Source: Deferribacterales bacterium
Lineage (GTDB): Bacteria > Chrysiogenota > Deferribacteres > Deferribacterales > Geovibrionaceae
NCBI GenBank assembly: GCA_050251945.1
Contig: JBFWLW010000020.1
Coordinates: 1 to 21,856 of the forward strand
DNA length: 21,856 nt
Direction of reading: 5' to 3'
Below are positions 1 through 8,413 of this stretch, one piece after another. Every line of letters begins with the position of its first letter. Within the stretch, counting starts at the first letter, position 1. Below the pieces are notes generated by a model. The model was given only the letters and a program-made list of their open reading frames with translations. It was not told where the DNA came from and did no database searches. The position numbers and the translations under genes were made by a program.

Positions 1-23
1 TATAGTCAATAGGAGCAGAGACA

Positions 24-2843
24 ATGAGTATCAAAGAAAGACTTTTAGATAAAGCGAATGTGTCCCGCCGTACGTTCCTTAAGGGAGCGAGCGTAGCGGG
101 AGCTACTGCGGCACTTTACGGCTGCGGCGGTGGCGGCGGCGGCAAGACCTACATGGAAGAGGACGAAACCGTCGAGGTACCCAGTATTATAGACGCAACA
201 ATTGTAAAAGGTTCAACACCCCACAACTGCGGCGGACGCTGTGCAAGCAAATATTATATCAAAGACGGCGTTGTTAAAAGAATCGTGACAGACGAAGGCA
301 CTGAAAACAATGCTCTCGGCACAACTTCCAACGATCCCCAGAGACGTTCATGCGTACGCTGCCGTTCAAGAAGACAGTGGTTCTACCGTAATGACCGCGT
401 TCTCTATCCCCTGAAACAGACAGGAACCAGAGGCGATGTCAACGGATTCGTGAGAATTACATGGGAACAGGCTTTCAGCGAAATAGGTACTAAACTTAAA
501 AACGTAGTCGATACATACGGCGCACAGTCTCTGCACTGTGTGTATGCATCTGCGGATTCAACAGGCTGGTCAGGTGCTGCTGTAAACAGACTTTTCAACC
601 TGCTCGGCGGTTCACTGCCTTACAGAGACGACTATTCATGGCCGGCTCTCGACCACGTTGCAACATTTACGGAAGGCGCAGGCTATATTCCTGAAGGAAA
701 CAGCAGAGGCGACGTTGTAAATGCAGAACACGTTTTCCTCTGGTCATACAACGGACTTGAGGCGATCTGGGGGACACAGTCAGGATGGTATCTGACACAG
801 GCACGCGACAGCGGAATCCCCATGACAGCCATCGACACCAGAGTATCGAAAACTGCGGCTACAATAGCCGATGAACTTGTTACCATCGCGCCTACAACAG
901 ACGCCGCACTCATTCTCGGTATGCTGCACTACCTGCTGACAGACAGAATGGCAGACCTTGACGTTACCTTCATCAAAGCACACCTTCACGGTTTCTTTGA
1001 CGATCCCTCTGCAACTTCATACCAGTCGTCTGTTGCCGCAGGAACATACGTTGTACCCAACGGAGCATCGCTTTCAGCGTTCGTAATGGGTAACGTTCTC
1101 CACGCACAAAACGGCGCGGCATCAATATACCCCGACACAATAGGATATAACGTTAACACCTCCGGCACTCTCACCGATCCGCTGGCAGGAAAACGTGCTC
1201 CTATCTACGGTCAGACACCTAAAACACCTGAATGGGCATCGGCAATAACAGGCGTTTCCGCTGATAAAATACGCGATCTGGCAGACACACTGCTTGACAA
1301 AAACTGCTCCATCTGGAACGGTTCGGGCTTCCAGCGCCACTCTGAATCCGAGCAGGCTGTATGGCTTCTCAGAGTTCTTTCCGTTGTCACCAAAAACTTC
1401 GGCGCCGCAGGATGCAGCTACGGTATGCAGCCTTGGAGCTGGGTATCGGGTCCCGGAAACGGCATGAGTGTGTCAAACCCCGTTTCATCAACTCTGGCAT
1501 CAGTTCTTTATGATTCCACAGAGATGACCACAACAGCTTTCTATGCAAACGGCACCAGCAATTCAATCCCTGTTTTCACATGGCTTGATGCTCTTGAAAA
1601 CGGCGGTACCGGTCAGTCAAGATGGAACGACGGTCAGATCAAAGCTCTCCCTGTCGGTATCAAATGTATATTCAACTTTGCCGGCAACGTTCTTGCGAAC
1701 CAGTCAGGCGACGTTAACCTTGCTAAATCCATTCTTGCAGATACAACAAAAGCTGAACTGCTCGTTACATGCGAACACTTCATGACATCATCCGCCATGA
1801 TGTGCGACTACGTTCTCCCCGGCACAATGCAGATGGAGAAACCCGGCGCATCTACAGGCTGGTTCAGTGAAGAAGTTCTCAGTGTTCCAGGCGTACTTGA
1901 TGTACCCGGCGAAGTCAAATCGGAATACGATATCTGTGCAGGTATCGCAGAAGTGCTTGGAATCGGAACTGACTACACCGAAGGCAAAACAATGGAAGAC
2001 AGACTTGCCGCAGGATGGGCTGCCGGTTCTTTTGATATCACTTATGAAGAATTCAAAGAAAAGGGTATATGGAAACCCACTCTGCCTATCACCATCACTT
2101 ACAAAGCTTTCAGGGACGACCCTGCAAATAACCCGCTCAGCACTCCCTCAGGTAAATTCGAGGCCTACGCTCAGTGGATGATGGAAGACTATCAGGCACG
2201 TCATTACGACAACCTTGACAGCTACGGCACACTTGAGAACGCAGGCGTTATCATGGATGCAAAACGCCCCGCAGGTTCAACTTCCATGAGATTTGTGTAC
2301 CCCATCCCCATGTACATCCCCGCTGTTGAGGGAAGACATGCAGACGGAACCCACCCCGACCTGCTCCAAAGGGAAGCCGCGGGCTACACATACACCATGC
2401 ACACATGGCACATGATGTATCGTTCACACTCAACACTTAACAGTGTTGCATACCTGGACGAAAACTATAAAAAGGACATCAACGGCAACGCTGCTTTCCT
2501 TCCGGAAACCAGAACACCTGCTGACGGTAAAGCCATTGCAACGTGGGAAGACGGTGTTTATGAACCTGTATGGGTAAGCCCCATCGACGCCGCGACTCTT
2601 GGTCTTGAAACAGGCGACAGAGTGCTCATCGAAAACGACAGAGGCAAAATATACGCTTCCGTTGTCGTAACACAGCGCGTTCCCCAAAAAGTTCTCTACA
2701 TCGGACAGGGTTCATGGCACAGCAAAGAGAGCGGCATCGACGTAGGCGGATGCGCAAACACACTTACTCATGCACGTCCCTCAAGGATATGTCAGGGTAT
2801 GACGCTGGCAAACGACTGCCGCGTGAAGATCACTAAGGCTTAA
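24..2843 (+). CDS. DMSO reductase family (bis-MGD molybdopterin) oxidoreductase catalytic subunit, DmsA-like, Tat-exported lipoprotein; substrate unknown
   Basis: 939 aa. Tat motif SRRTFLK; lipobox LYG-C34; FS0-type region HNCGGRC...SCVRC; DRVLYPLK; Ser ligand motif DDYS205W aligning to DmsA GDYS; KTPEWA; TPSGKFE; RSHST; C-terminal molybdopterin dinucleotide-binding domain (GDRVLIENDRG...ANTLT). RBS AGGAG at 11-15. Confidence 0.93.
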   Translation: MSIKERLLDKANVSRRTFLKGASVAGATAALYGCGGGGGGKTYMEEDETVEVPSIIDATIVKGSTPHNCGGRCASKYYIKDGVVKRIVTDEGTENNALGTTSNDPQRRSCVRCRSRRQWFYRNDRVLYPLKQTGTRGDVNGFVRITWEQAFSEIGTKLKNVVDTYGAQSLHCVYASADSTGWSGAAVNRLFNLLGGSLPYRDDYSWPALDHVATFTEGAGYIPEGNSRGDVVNAEHVFLWSYNGLEAIWGTQSGWYLTQARDSGIPMTAIDTRVSKTAATIADELVTIAPTTDAALILGMLHYLLTDRMADLDVTFIKAHLHGFFDDPSATSYQSSVAAGTYVVPNGASLSAFVMGNVLHAQNGAASIYPDTIGYNVNTSGTLTDPLAGKRAPIYGQTPKTPEWASAITGVSADKIRDLADTLLDKNCSIWNGSGFQRHSESEQAVWLLRVLSVVTKNFGAAGCSYGMQPWSWVSGPGNGMSVSNPVSSTLASVLYDSTEMTTTAFYANGTSNSIPVFTWLDALENGGTGQSRWNDGQIKALPVGIKCIFNFAGNVLANQSGDVNLAKSILADTTKAELLVTCEHFMTSSAMMCDYVLPGTMQMEKPGASTGWFSEEVLSVPGVLDVPGEVKSEYDICAGIAEVLGIGTDYTEGKTMEDRLAAGWAAGSFDITYEEFKEKGIWKPTLPITITYKAFRDDPANNPLSTPSGKFEAYAQWMMEDYQARHYDNLDSYGTLENAGVIMDAKRPAGSTSMRFVYPIPMYIPAVEGRHADGTHPDLLQREAAGYTYTMHTWHMMYRSHSTLNSVAYLDENYKKDINGNAAFLPETRTPADGKAIATWEDGVYEPVWVSPIDAATLGLETGDRVLIENDRGKIYASVVVTQRVPQKVLYIGQGSWHSKESGIDVGGCANTLTHARPSRICQGMTLANDCRVKITKA

Positions 2844-2857
2844 CAGGGAGGAACCAG

Positions 2858-3478
2858 ATGTCAACCAAACAGATGGCATTTTACTTTGACCAGAATAGAT
2901 GTATGGGCTGCCACGCATGCGTGGTCGCCTGCAAGGACTGGAACGACGTTAAACCCGGACAGGCGAGATGGAGAAGACTCTCTAACGAAGAGGTCGGAAC
3001 CTTCCCTGACGTTAAGGTATTTAACCTCGTAATGTCCTGCAACCACTGCGCAAACCCCGCATGTACGGCGGCTTGTCCTGTGGGAGCGATATACAAGAGA
3101 GAAGAGGACGGCATAGTAATAGTCAACCGCGATATCTGTCAGGATATCAGAGCTTGCCTTGTTGCATGCCCCTACGGCGCGCCCCAGTTCGGCGACGACA
3201 CCAGCGAACCGACGAAAGAGTCAAGCTGGGCAGTTGATCACCCTATGCAGAAATGCACAATGTGCTGGGACAGGCTTGCGGAAGGACTTCTTCCCGCATG
3301 TGTTGCGGCATGTCCTCAGCGTGCGCTTGACTTCGGTACAGCGGCTGAGATAGCGGCGAAATACCCGACTGCAGTCCGTACGGTTGTCGGTTTCCCCGAC
3401 ACTGACAAGGATGCCAACGGCAACACGCTGAAATCAGGCGATACTGTTCCCTCTATTTTCTTCAAACCGAAAAATTAG
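2858..3478 (+). CDS. dmsB: DmsB/NrfC-type four-cluster 4Fe-4S electron-transfer subunit
   Basis: CMGCHACVVACK, SCNHCANPACTAACP, CQDIRACLVACPYGAP, KCTMC...PACVAACP; immediately follows the catalytic subunit with RBS GGAGG. Confidence 0.9.
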   Translation: MSTKQMAFYFDQNRCMGCHACVVACKDWNDVKPGQARWRRLSNEEVGTFPDVKVFNLVMSCNHCANPACTAACPVGAIYKREEDGIVIVNRDICQDIRACLVACPYGAPQFGDDTSEPTKESSWAVDHPMQKCTMCWDRLAEGLLPACVAACPQRALDFGTAAEIAAKYPTAVRTVVGFPDTDKDANGNTLKSGDTVPSIFFKPKN

Positions 3479-3498
3479 AGTAACTGCCTTATAACGTT

Positions 3499-3536
3499 AA
3501 ATGTGCGGCGCGGAGGCGCTCTTGCGTCGCACATTT
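3499..3536 (+). terminator. Stem-loop after dmsB (terminator or mRNA-stabilising hairpin)
   Basis: AAATGTGCGGCGCGGAG...CTCTTGCGTCGCACATTT, imperfect stem with G-U pairs, followed by T-rich sequence. Confidence 0.65.
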
Positions 3537-3654
3537 CCATTACATTTTTTATGGAATTATGGTCGTTATTTTACCTTGATTTAACCGAACAAGGGTTAGA
3601 TTTTATCAAACATGGATGCTGACATCGAAACACAAAATTATTAAAGGCGTATTT

Positions 3655-4965
3655 ATGATAATTGACATTAACAGGAATTCTCTTGACCGGATAATAAATG
3701 ATGATTTCAGAAACGATGCGGAAAGATATGTCCGCATCTATGATGAATTTATGTCTGCTGTCAAGGATTCGGGAATCGACACAGCCGGGCTTCAATCCTC
3801 AACAGGTTTTACATATGAATATTTGGCGGAGAACGTGTCCGGAGTCGAGTGTTCTGGCTTCGGGCACAGCCTTCGTTACGGCGAAGTATCGCCCGCCTGC
3901 GCCGATTGCCGTACGGGACTTACGTCCATGACGGTATTCCATACACTTAAATGCAACAGAGACTGTTTTTTTTGTGCAAACATGAATCAGGATGATTATG
4001 ATCACTACCTCGAGAACGAGAACGATGCGTTTCAAGAGGTGTTGGACGCAGATGGGGGATTCGGTTTTACGTCTATAGCACTGACCGGGGGGGAACCCCT
4101 TCTGCTGCCCGACAAAGCCATAGAGTTCTTTGAAAAATGCAGGGCGAAATATCCGGAAGCTCACCTGCGGCTCTATACCAACGGGGACTTCCTCACCCCC
4201 ATGCTTGCGACAAAGCTCACGAACGCCGGACTGAACGAAGTCCGTATCAGCGTTAAGGTTGAAAGCGACGATTACCCCGCCGATACCGTTGAGGTCATCC
4301 GTTCCGTTGCCGGAATAATACCCGCTGTGATGGTGGAGATGCCTGTTATCCCCGGAACGCTTGAAACAATGAAAAAGCTCTTCGTTGAACTTGATGCTGC
4401 CGGAGCAGACGCCATCAATATCCTTGAATTCCTCTATCCTTGGGTAAACTCCGAAAAGTATGCCAACAGAGGCTTTAAGGTCAAGGAGAGACCATACCGC
4501 GTCCTTTACGATTACGGCTATGCAGGCGGATTGCCTGTCGCCGGAAGCGGTGAGGAGTGTGTTGAACTCCTTAAATTTGCAGCGGAGAAAAAACTCTCCA
4601 TGCGTGTGCATTTCTGCTCTCTGGAAAATAAGCTCACTTCACAGATATTCATCCAGAACAGCAGTGTTCTGCTTACCGATCACGAAGTGATGTCCCCAAG
4701 GGATTTCTTTATAAAATCCGCAAGGGCATACGGCAGCAACGCTCTTAAGGCTCAGAAGTACCTGTCCTCAAAAGGTATTGAGCATGTTACCAGCGGAATC
4801 ATAACTGAGTTCCATCCCAAATACATATCAGAGATAAAAGGGCTGACCGAAGTAGCCGTTACATACAACGTAGTCGAGTTTGATGAAGAGAACCGGAAGG
4901 TTGTTCGCGAGGTCAAGATAGACCTTGTTAAGCCTGAAGAATTTGATTACGAAACAGACATATGA
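3655..4965 (+). CDS. Radical SAM Fe-S protein of unknown function (COG2108-like)
   Basis: CNRDCFFC (CX3CX2C), ALTGGEPLL, LYTNG; extra N-terminal CADC and late HFCS motif. ATG 3655 preceded by AAGG is preferred over the ORF-track start at 3616. Confidence 0.85.
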   Translation: MIIDINRNSLDRIINDDFRNDAERYVRIYDEFMSAVKDSGIDTAGLQSSTGFTYEYLAENVSGVECSGFGHSLRYGEVSPACADCRTGLTSMTVFHTLKCNRDCFFCANMNQDDYDHYLENENDAFQEVLDADGGFGFTSIALTGGEPLLLPDKAIEFFEKCRAKYPEAHLRLYTNGDFLTPMLATKLTNAGLNEVRISVKVESDDYPADTVEVIRSVAGIIPAVMVEMPVIPGTLETMKKLFVELDAAGADAINILEFLYPWVNSEKYANRGFKVKERPYRVLYDYGYAGGLPVAGSGEECVELLKFAAEKKLSMRVHFCSLENKLTSQIFIQNSSVLLTDHEVMSPRDFFIKSARAYGSNALKAQKYLSSKGIEHVTSGIITEFHPKYISEIKGLTEVAVTYNVVEFDEENRKVVREVKIDLVKPEEFDYETDI

Positions 4966-4973
4966 GGTGAAGC

Positions 4974-5657
4974 ATGGACGTTATTGAACTGGCAAACATA
5001 CACAAAGGGCGCAACGTTGCGTTCAATGTATTCTCGAAAGTTTTTTTAGATGTTCCGTCGCCGGAAACAGACAAGTTCTTTACCGACACGGCAAAACACA
5101 TTGAATCCATAGCAATGGCATCCTGCAATTCCGACTTCCAGAACGGCGCAGGACTTCTTAAGACAGTATACGGCAATGCAGGCTATGAGAACACGGATAT
5201 GGAATCAACCCGCCTCCTCAGAAGCAGGGATTTCACAAAACTGTTCGCACTGAACACAATCCCGCTTTATGAGTCTGTATATACTTCTCCTGAAAAACTG
5301 CTGAAACAGGATGCATGGAGCGAAGTAAAAGTTTTCTATTACAGCAATTTCTTTAAACGTATTGACGGCGACAAGACCATAGAGGATCATATTTCTCTGG
5401 AGCTTCAGTTCATGGGTCTTCTCAGTAAAAACATAGCTGAGTGTATCGAAACAGAAAAATTTGAAGCCGCCGAAACCATAATGACGACTCAGAGCGATTT
5501 TTATAAAAGCCATATGCTCCGCTGGGCGCCTCAACTCTGTACCAAGGTCATTGCAGAGGCGGAAAAGCTCAACACACTTTTCTATCCCGCATATGCGTAC
5601 ATGATGAGAGGATTCCTTACGGAAGATTCCGCTTTCCTTGCAGAAATGATGGAGTGA
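4974..5657 (+). CDS. TorD/DmsD family redox enzyme maturation chaperone
   Basis: IPLYESVY and EDHISLELQFM motifs, HMLRWAP; lies in a molybdoenzyme operon. Confidence 0.9.
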   Translation: MDVIELANIHKGRNVAFNVFSKVFLDVPSPETDKFFTDTAKHIESIAMASCNSDFQNGAGLLKTVYGNAGYENTDMESTRLLRSRDFTKLFALNTIPLYESVYTSPEKLLKQDAWSEVKVFYYSNFFKRIDGDKTIEDHISLELQFMGLLSKNIAECIETEKFEAAETIMTTQSDFYKSHMLRWAPQLCTKVIAEAEKLNTLFYPAYAYMMRGFLTEDSAFLAEMME

Positions 5658-5660
5658 TAT

Positions 5661-6656
5661 ATGGGGATTGTTGACGGACTGGTCGGCAGACTAAACGAAT
5701 GTATGGTGACAGACAGCGCCGCCTGTGCAAAGGTGCGGCACAAGCTGTCCAAATGTTCAGCATGCATGGACGTCTGCAAAAACGGCGCAATCCGTATAAC
5801 ATCCGCCGGAGGGAAGGTTCTTGTGGACTGGGACAGATGCAATGCCTGCGGGCAATGCGCCGCCGTATGTCCGAACAGGGTCTTTTCAATGAAGCTGACC
5901 GACGTTGGGAAGCTTATTGTAAATATAAAGCAGCAGATAGCCCGGGACGGGGAATGTATAATCTCCTGTAGAGACGATGCAGACACAGCACACATTCGTT
6001 CCCTGTCCTTTGCTGACAGACAATTACTTGTTAAAACCGCAGTCATGGGAGCCGGAAAGATAACTTTGCGGCAGGGGGATTGCGGCAAATGTTCAAAGGA
6101 CTGCCTCAGAACTGTCGGACAGGAAGCTGAGGCGGCAAACCGTATATTTGAACTGGCTCAGCAGCCTGTTCGCGTCGTTCTGGACGACCCGTCTGAAAAG
6201 AGACCTACTGCCGCCGACAGGCTCAAAAACAAAGGAGAAAGCATCTCCCGCCGCGAGTTCTTCGGTTTCATGCGTACAAAAGCGCGCCGGACCATCGGCG
6301 AAACACTCTATTCACTTGCGGAAAATGAAAAAGACAGAAAACGTACCGTTTTGTCGTCAGACAGGGACGGGCTTGACAGTTATATTTCAAATTTAAAATG
6401 TTTAGGCAGCGATAAGCTCATCAACAGAATGAGGGGGGAGGGCCTTTTGATGAGCGTTGACATAAATATAGACAAATGTACCAGATGCGGCATATGCGCA
6501 AGGGTATGCCCCATGTCGGTTTTTACTGTTTCAAAGGACGTGGTGAAGGGCAGAGAGGTAACCACTGCTGTCACGGCAGACGCAGACCTTTGTTCCGGCT
6601 GCGGTGTGTGCGTTACTGCATGTATGTCCGAAGCCCTGAAAGTATATAAATTATAG
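5661..6656 (+). CDS. Polyferredoxin / 4Fe-4S dicluster domain protein
   Basis: CSACMDVC, CNACGQCAAVCP, CGKC, CTRCGICARVCP, CSGCGVCVTAC; internal SRREFF. Confidence 0.85.
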   Translation: MGIVDGLVGRLNECMVTDSAACAKVRHKLSKCSACMDVCKNGAIRITSAGGKVLVDWDRCNACGQCAAVCPNRVFSMKLTDVGKLIVNIKQQIARDGECIISCRDDADTAHIRSLSFADRQLLVKTAVMGAGKITLRQGDCGKCSKDCLRTVGQEAEAANRIFELAQQPVRVVLDDPSEKRPTAADRLKNKGESISRREFFGFMRTKARRTIGETLYSLAENEKDRKRTVLSSDRDGLDSYISNLKCLGSDKLINRMRGEGLLMSVDINIDKCTRCGICARVCPMSVFTVSKDVVKGREVTTAVTADADLCSGCGVCVTACMSEALKVYKL

Positions 6657-7094
6657 CATCTTACGCATCGGCACCATGGGCGACAGGGAGTATCCTTGCC
6701 GTCTGTAAAATCTCTGTCCGCCTGTGTTGTCGCTGTCAGTGAGAAGGGTGATGCGCATGCATCCTGCTTCTTTCGCTAATTCTTCCGCTTTTTGTATTAT
6801 CAGCGAGCCGACTTCTTTCCCGCGCATTTCAGGCAAAACCACCATATCTTCAAGTATTGCGGCGCGACCGCCTAAAAAAGTGCTCACAGTATAAAGTATG
6901 TTCACCATTCCGAGGATTTTTCCGTTATCTTCCGCTTTAACTATGAAACCGGCAGACGGGTCGGATATGATCTGTTTCAGACCTTCCGCTTGCTTATCGG
7001 CATCCGGAGTAAAATCCGCCTCCTGCATAAACAGAATACCGAGAAGTTCGCATAAAGCGGGTATATCTTTCAGTTCGGCTTTTGAAATTTCCAT
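6651..7094 (-). CDS. GNAT family N-acetyltransferase
   Basis: LEDMVVLPEMRGKEVG (motif A), N..GQRFYRRQGY; convergent with the ferredoxin gene, 6-bp overlap. Confidence 0.9.
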   Translation of the reverse strand: MEISKAELKDIPALCELLGILFMQEADFTPDADKQAEGLKQIISDPSAGFIVKAEDNGKILGMVNILYTVSTFLGGRAAILEDMVVLPEMRGKEVGSLIIQKAEELAKEAGCMRITLLTDSDNTGGQRFYRRQGYSLSPMVPMRKML

Positions 7095-7239
7095 AGGGTA
7101 ATTTTACATAAAATAAGATCTATGTACACAAAAAACATATTGACCATAGCTTTTTATGCTGTATATTAAACAATCATTTAATTCCTTCGGTGGCACGGGC
7201 AGTTTCCGTGGTGTATAATGGTTTCAGAGGTAAAAAAGC

Positions 7240-7827
7240 GTGAAAACTGCCTGCGAAGCTTGCGGACTAATTATAGATATTGAAGACGACAGCGAAGGAT
7301 ATACACTGGTATGTCCGCGATGCTCCAATGTCATAAAAGGGCGAAGCAGTATGCTTTATTCTCTTGTGTTCAGTCTTTCCGCGGTTTTTCTTATGTTTCC
7401 CGCAATGCTTTATCCCTTCCTTAAAATACGCATCAACGATTCACTGCTCACAGCGACACTTTTTGAAAGCGTGGCAGCTTTAAACAGCGAAGGGTATGTT
7501 CCGGCAGGCATAGCCGTATTTCTTACGGCGTTTCTGATACCGCTTCTATATCTGATTCTCATTTCATATGTTTCTCTGGAATCTGTAAGCGGTCTGGAAC
7601 TGCCGTTCTCCAAGCCGCTGGCGCATTTTATACATAAACTGCACAGGTGGCATATGGTTGACGTGTTTCTTGTGGGGATACTGGTGAGTGTTGTTAAGCT
7701 GGTTGATATGGCGGACGTATCCTTCGGCACGGGTTTTTATCTGCTGTCTGCCATCTGCTTCTTTCTGATAACGGCGGAGATATATTACGATTCAAAGGTT
7801 TTCTGGAGGCGGTATGACAGACATTGA
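7240..7827 (+). CDS. pqiA: Paraquat-inducible protein A (PqiA/LetA) N-terminal half
   Basis: GTG start after GAGG; CEAC...CPRC zinc-ribbon; hydrophobic segments; WHMVDVFLVGILVSVVKL. Confidence 0.9.
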   Translation: MKTACEACGLIIDIEDDSEGYTLVCPRCSNVIKGRSSMLYSLVFSLSAVFLMFPAMLYPFLKIRINDSLLTATLFESVAALNSEGYVPAGIAVFLTAFLIPLLYLILISYVSLESVSGLELPFSKPLAHFIHKLHRWHMVDVFLVGILVSVVKLVDMADVSFGTGFYLLSAICFFLITAEIYYDSKVFWRRYDRH

Positions 7828-8410
7828 CAGCGGCGTGATACTCTGCAAAGAGTGCGGAACGCTGAACCGGTCGGAAGATGATGCTGCCGAATGCCGATGC
7901 TGCGGAGGAACTATACACCGAAGGACGAAGGACAGCCTGAGCCGGACGTGGGCGCTGTCCATAACGGCGCTGATACTCTATATCCCTGCGAATCTGTACC
8001 CTATAATGGATGTGCAGATAATGGGGGAGAGTTCCAGAAACACTATATTGGGCGGTGTCATACAGTTCTTTCAGCACGGAATGTACTTCATCTGTGCGGT
8101 GGTCTTTGTCGCCAGTTTCGTTGTGCCGCTGTTCAAGCTTTCTGCAATTTTTTATATCCTTCTGACTCTCAGAAAGGGCAGGAAGCTCTCTAACAGGCGA
8201 AAGACCAGACTTTATTCGATAGTTGAACTGATCGGCAAGTGGTCTATGCTCGACGTGTTCGTCGTGTGCATCATGGCAGGGCTTATCAATGTGGGATATT
8301 TGCTGAAAATAACGGCTGGCGTGGGGATAGTTTATTTTGCGTCGGTGGTGATAATAACGATGCTTGCATCCAACAGTTTTGATACCAGACTTATATGGGA
8401 CAAACGGTGA
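7814..8410 (+). CDS. pqiA: Paraquat-inducible protein A (PqiA/LetA) C-terminal half
   Basis: CKEC...CRCC; SLSRTWAL..LYIPANLYPIM; GKWSMLDVF; FDTRLIWD; own RBS GGAGG; overlaps the upstream half by 14 bp. Confidence 0.92.
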   Translation: MTDIDSGVILCKECGTLNRSEDDAAECRCCGGTIHRRTKDSLSRTWALSITALILYIPANLYPIMDVQIMGESSRNTILGGVIQFFQHGMYFICAVVFVASFVVPLFKLSAIFYILLTLRKGRKLSNRRKTRLYSIVELIGKWSMLDVFVVCIMAGLINVGYLLKITAGVGIVYFASVVIITMLASNSFDTRLIWDKR

Positions 8411-8413
8411 TAT

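Noticed and set aside
124..143. GGC-rich tandem tract as a phase-variable repeat
   Set aside because: Triplet, interrupted by GGT and in frame; it simply encodes the Gly linker
24..2843. Selenocysteine recoding, or assignment as arsenate/selenate/nitrate/formate reductase
   Set aside because: No in-frame TGA; the Ser-type ligand motif fits the DmsA clade rather than Cys/Asp/Sec-ligated enzymes; substrate cannot be read from sequence
3596..3609. FNR/CRP-type site before the radical SAM gene
   Set aside because: Only the ATCAA half-site matches (TTAGA-N4-ATCAA); too weak in AT-rich DNA
3799..4611. 270-aa minus-strand ORF
   Set aside because: Entirely antisense to the radical SAM gene, no recognisable motifs; shadow ORF
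3655..4965. Calling the radical SAM protein MoaA or a PFL activase
   Set aside because: No MoaA C-terminal cluster or GG terminus, too long, and no glycyl-radical enzyme nearby
7191..7206. Sigma54 promoter (TGGCACG) upstream of pqiA
   Set aside because: No TTGC at the -12 position; a sigma70 TATAAT at 7214-7219 is a simpler explanation
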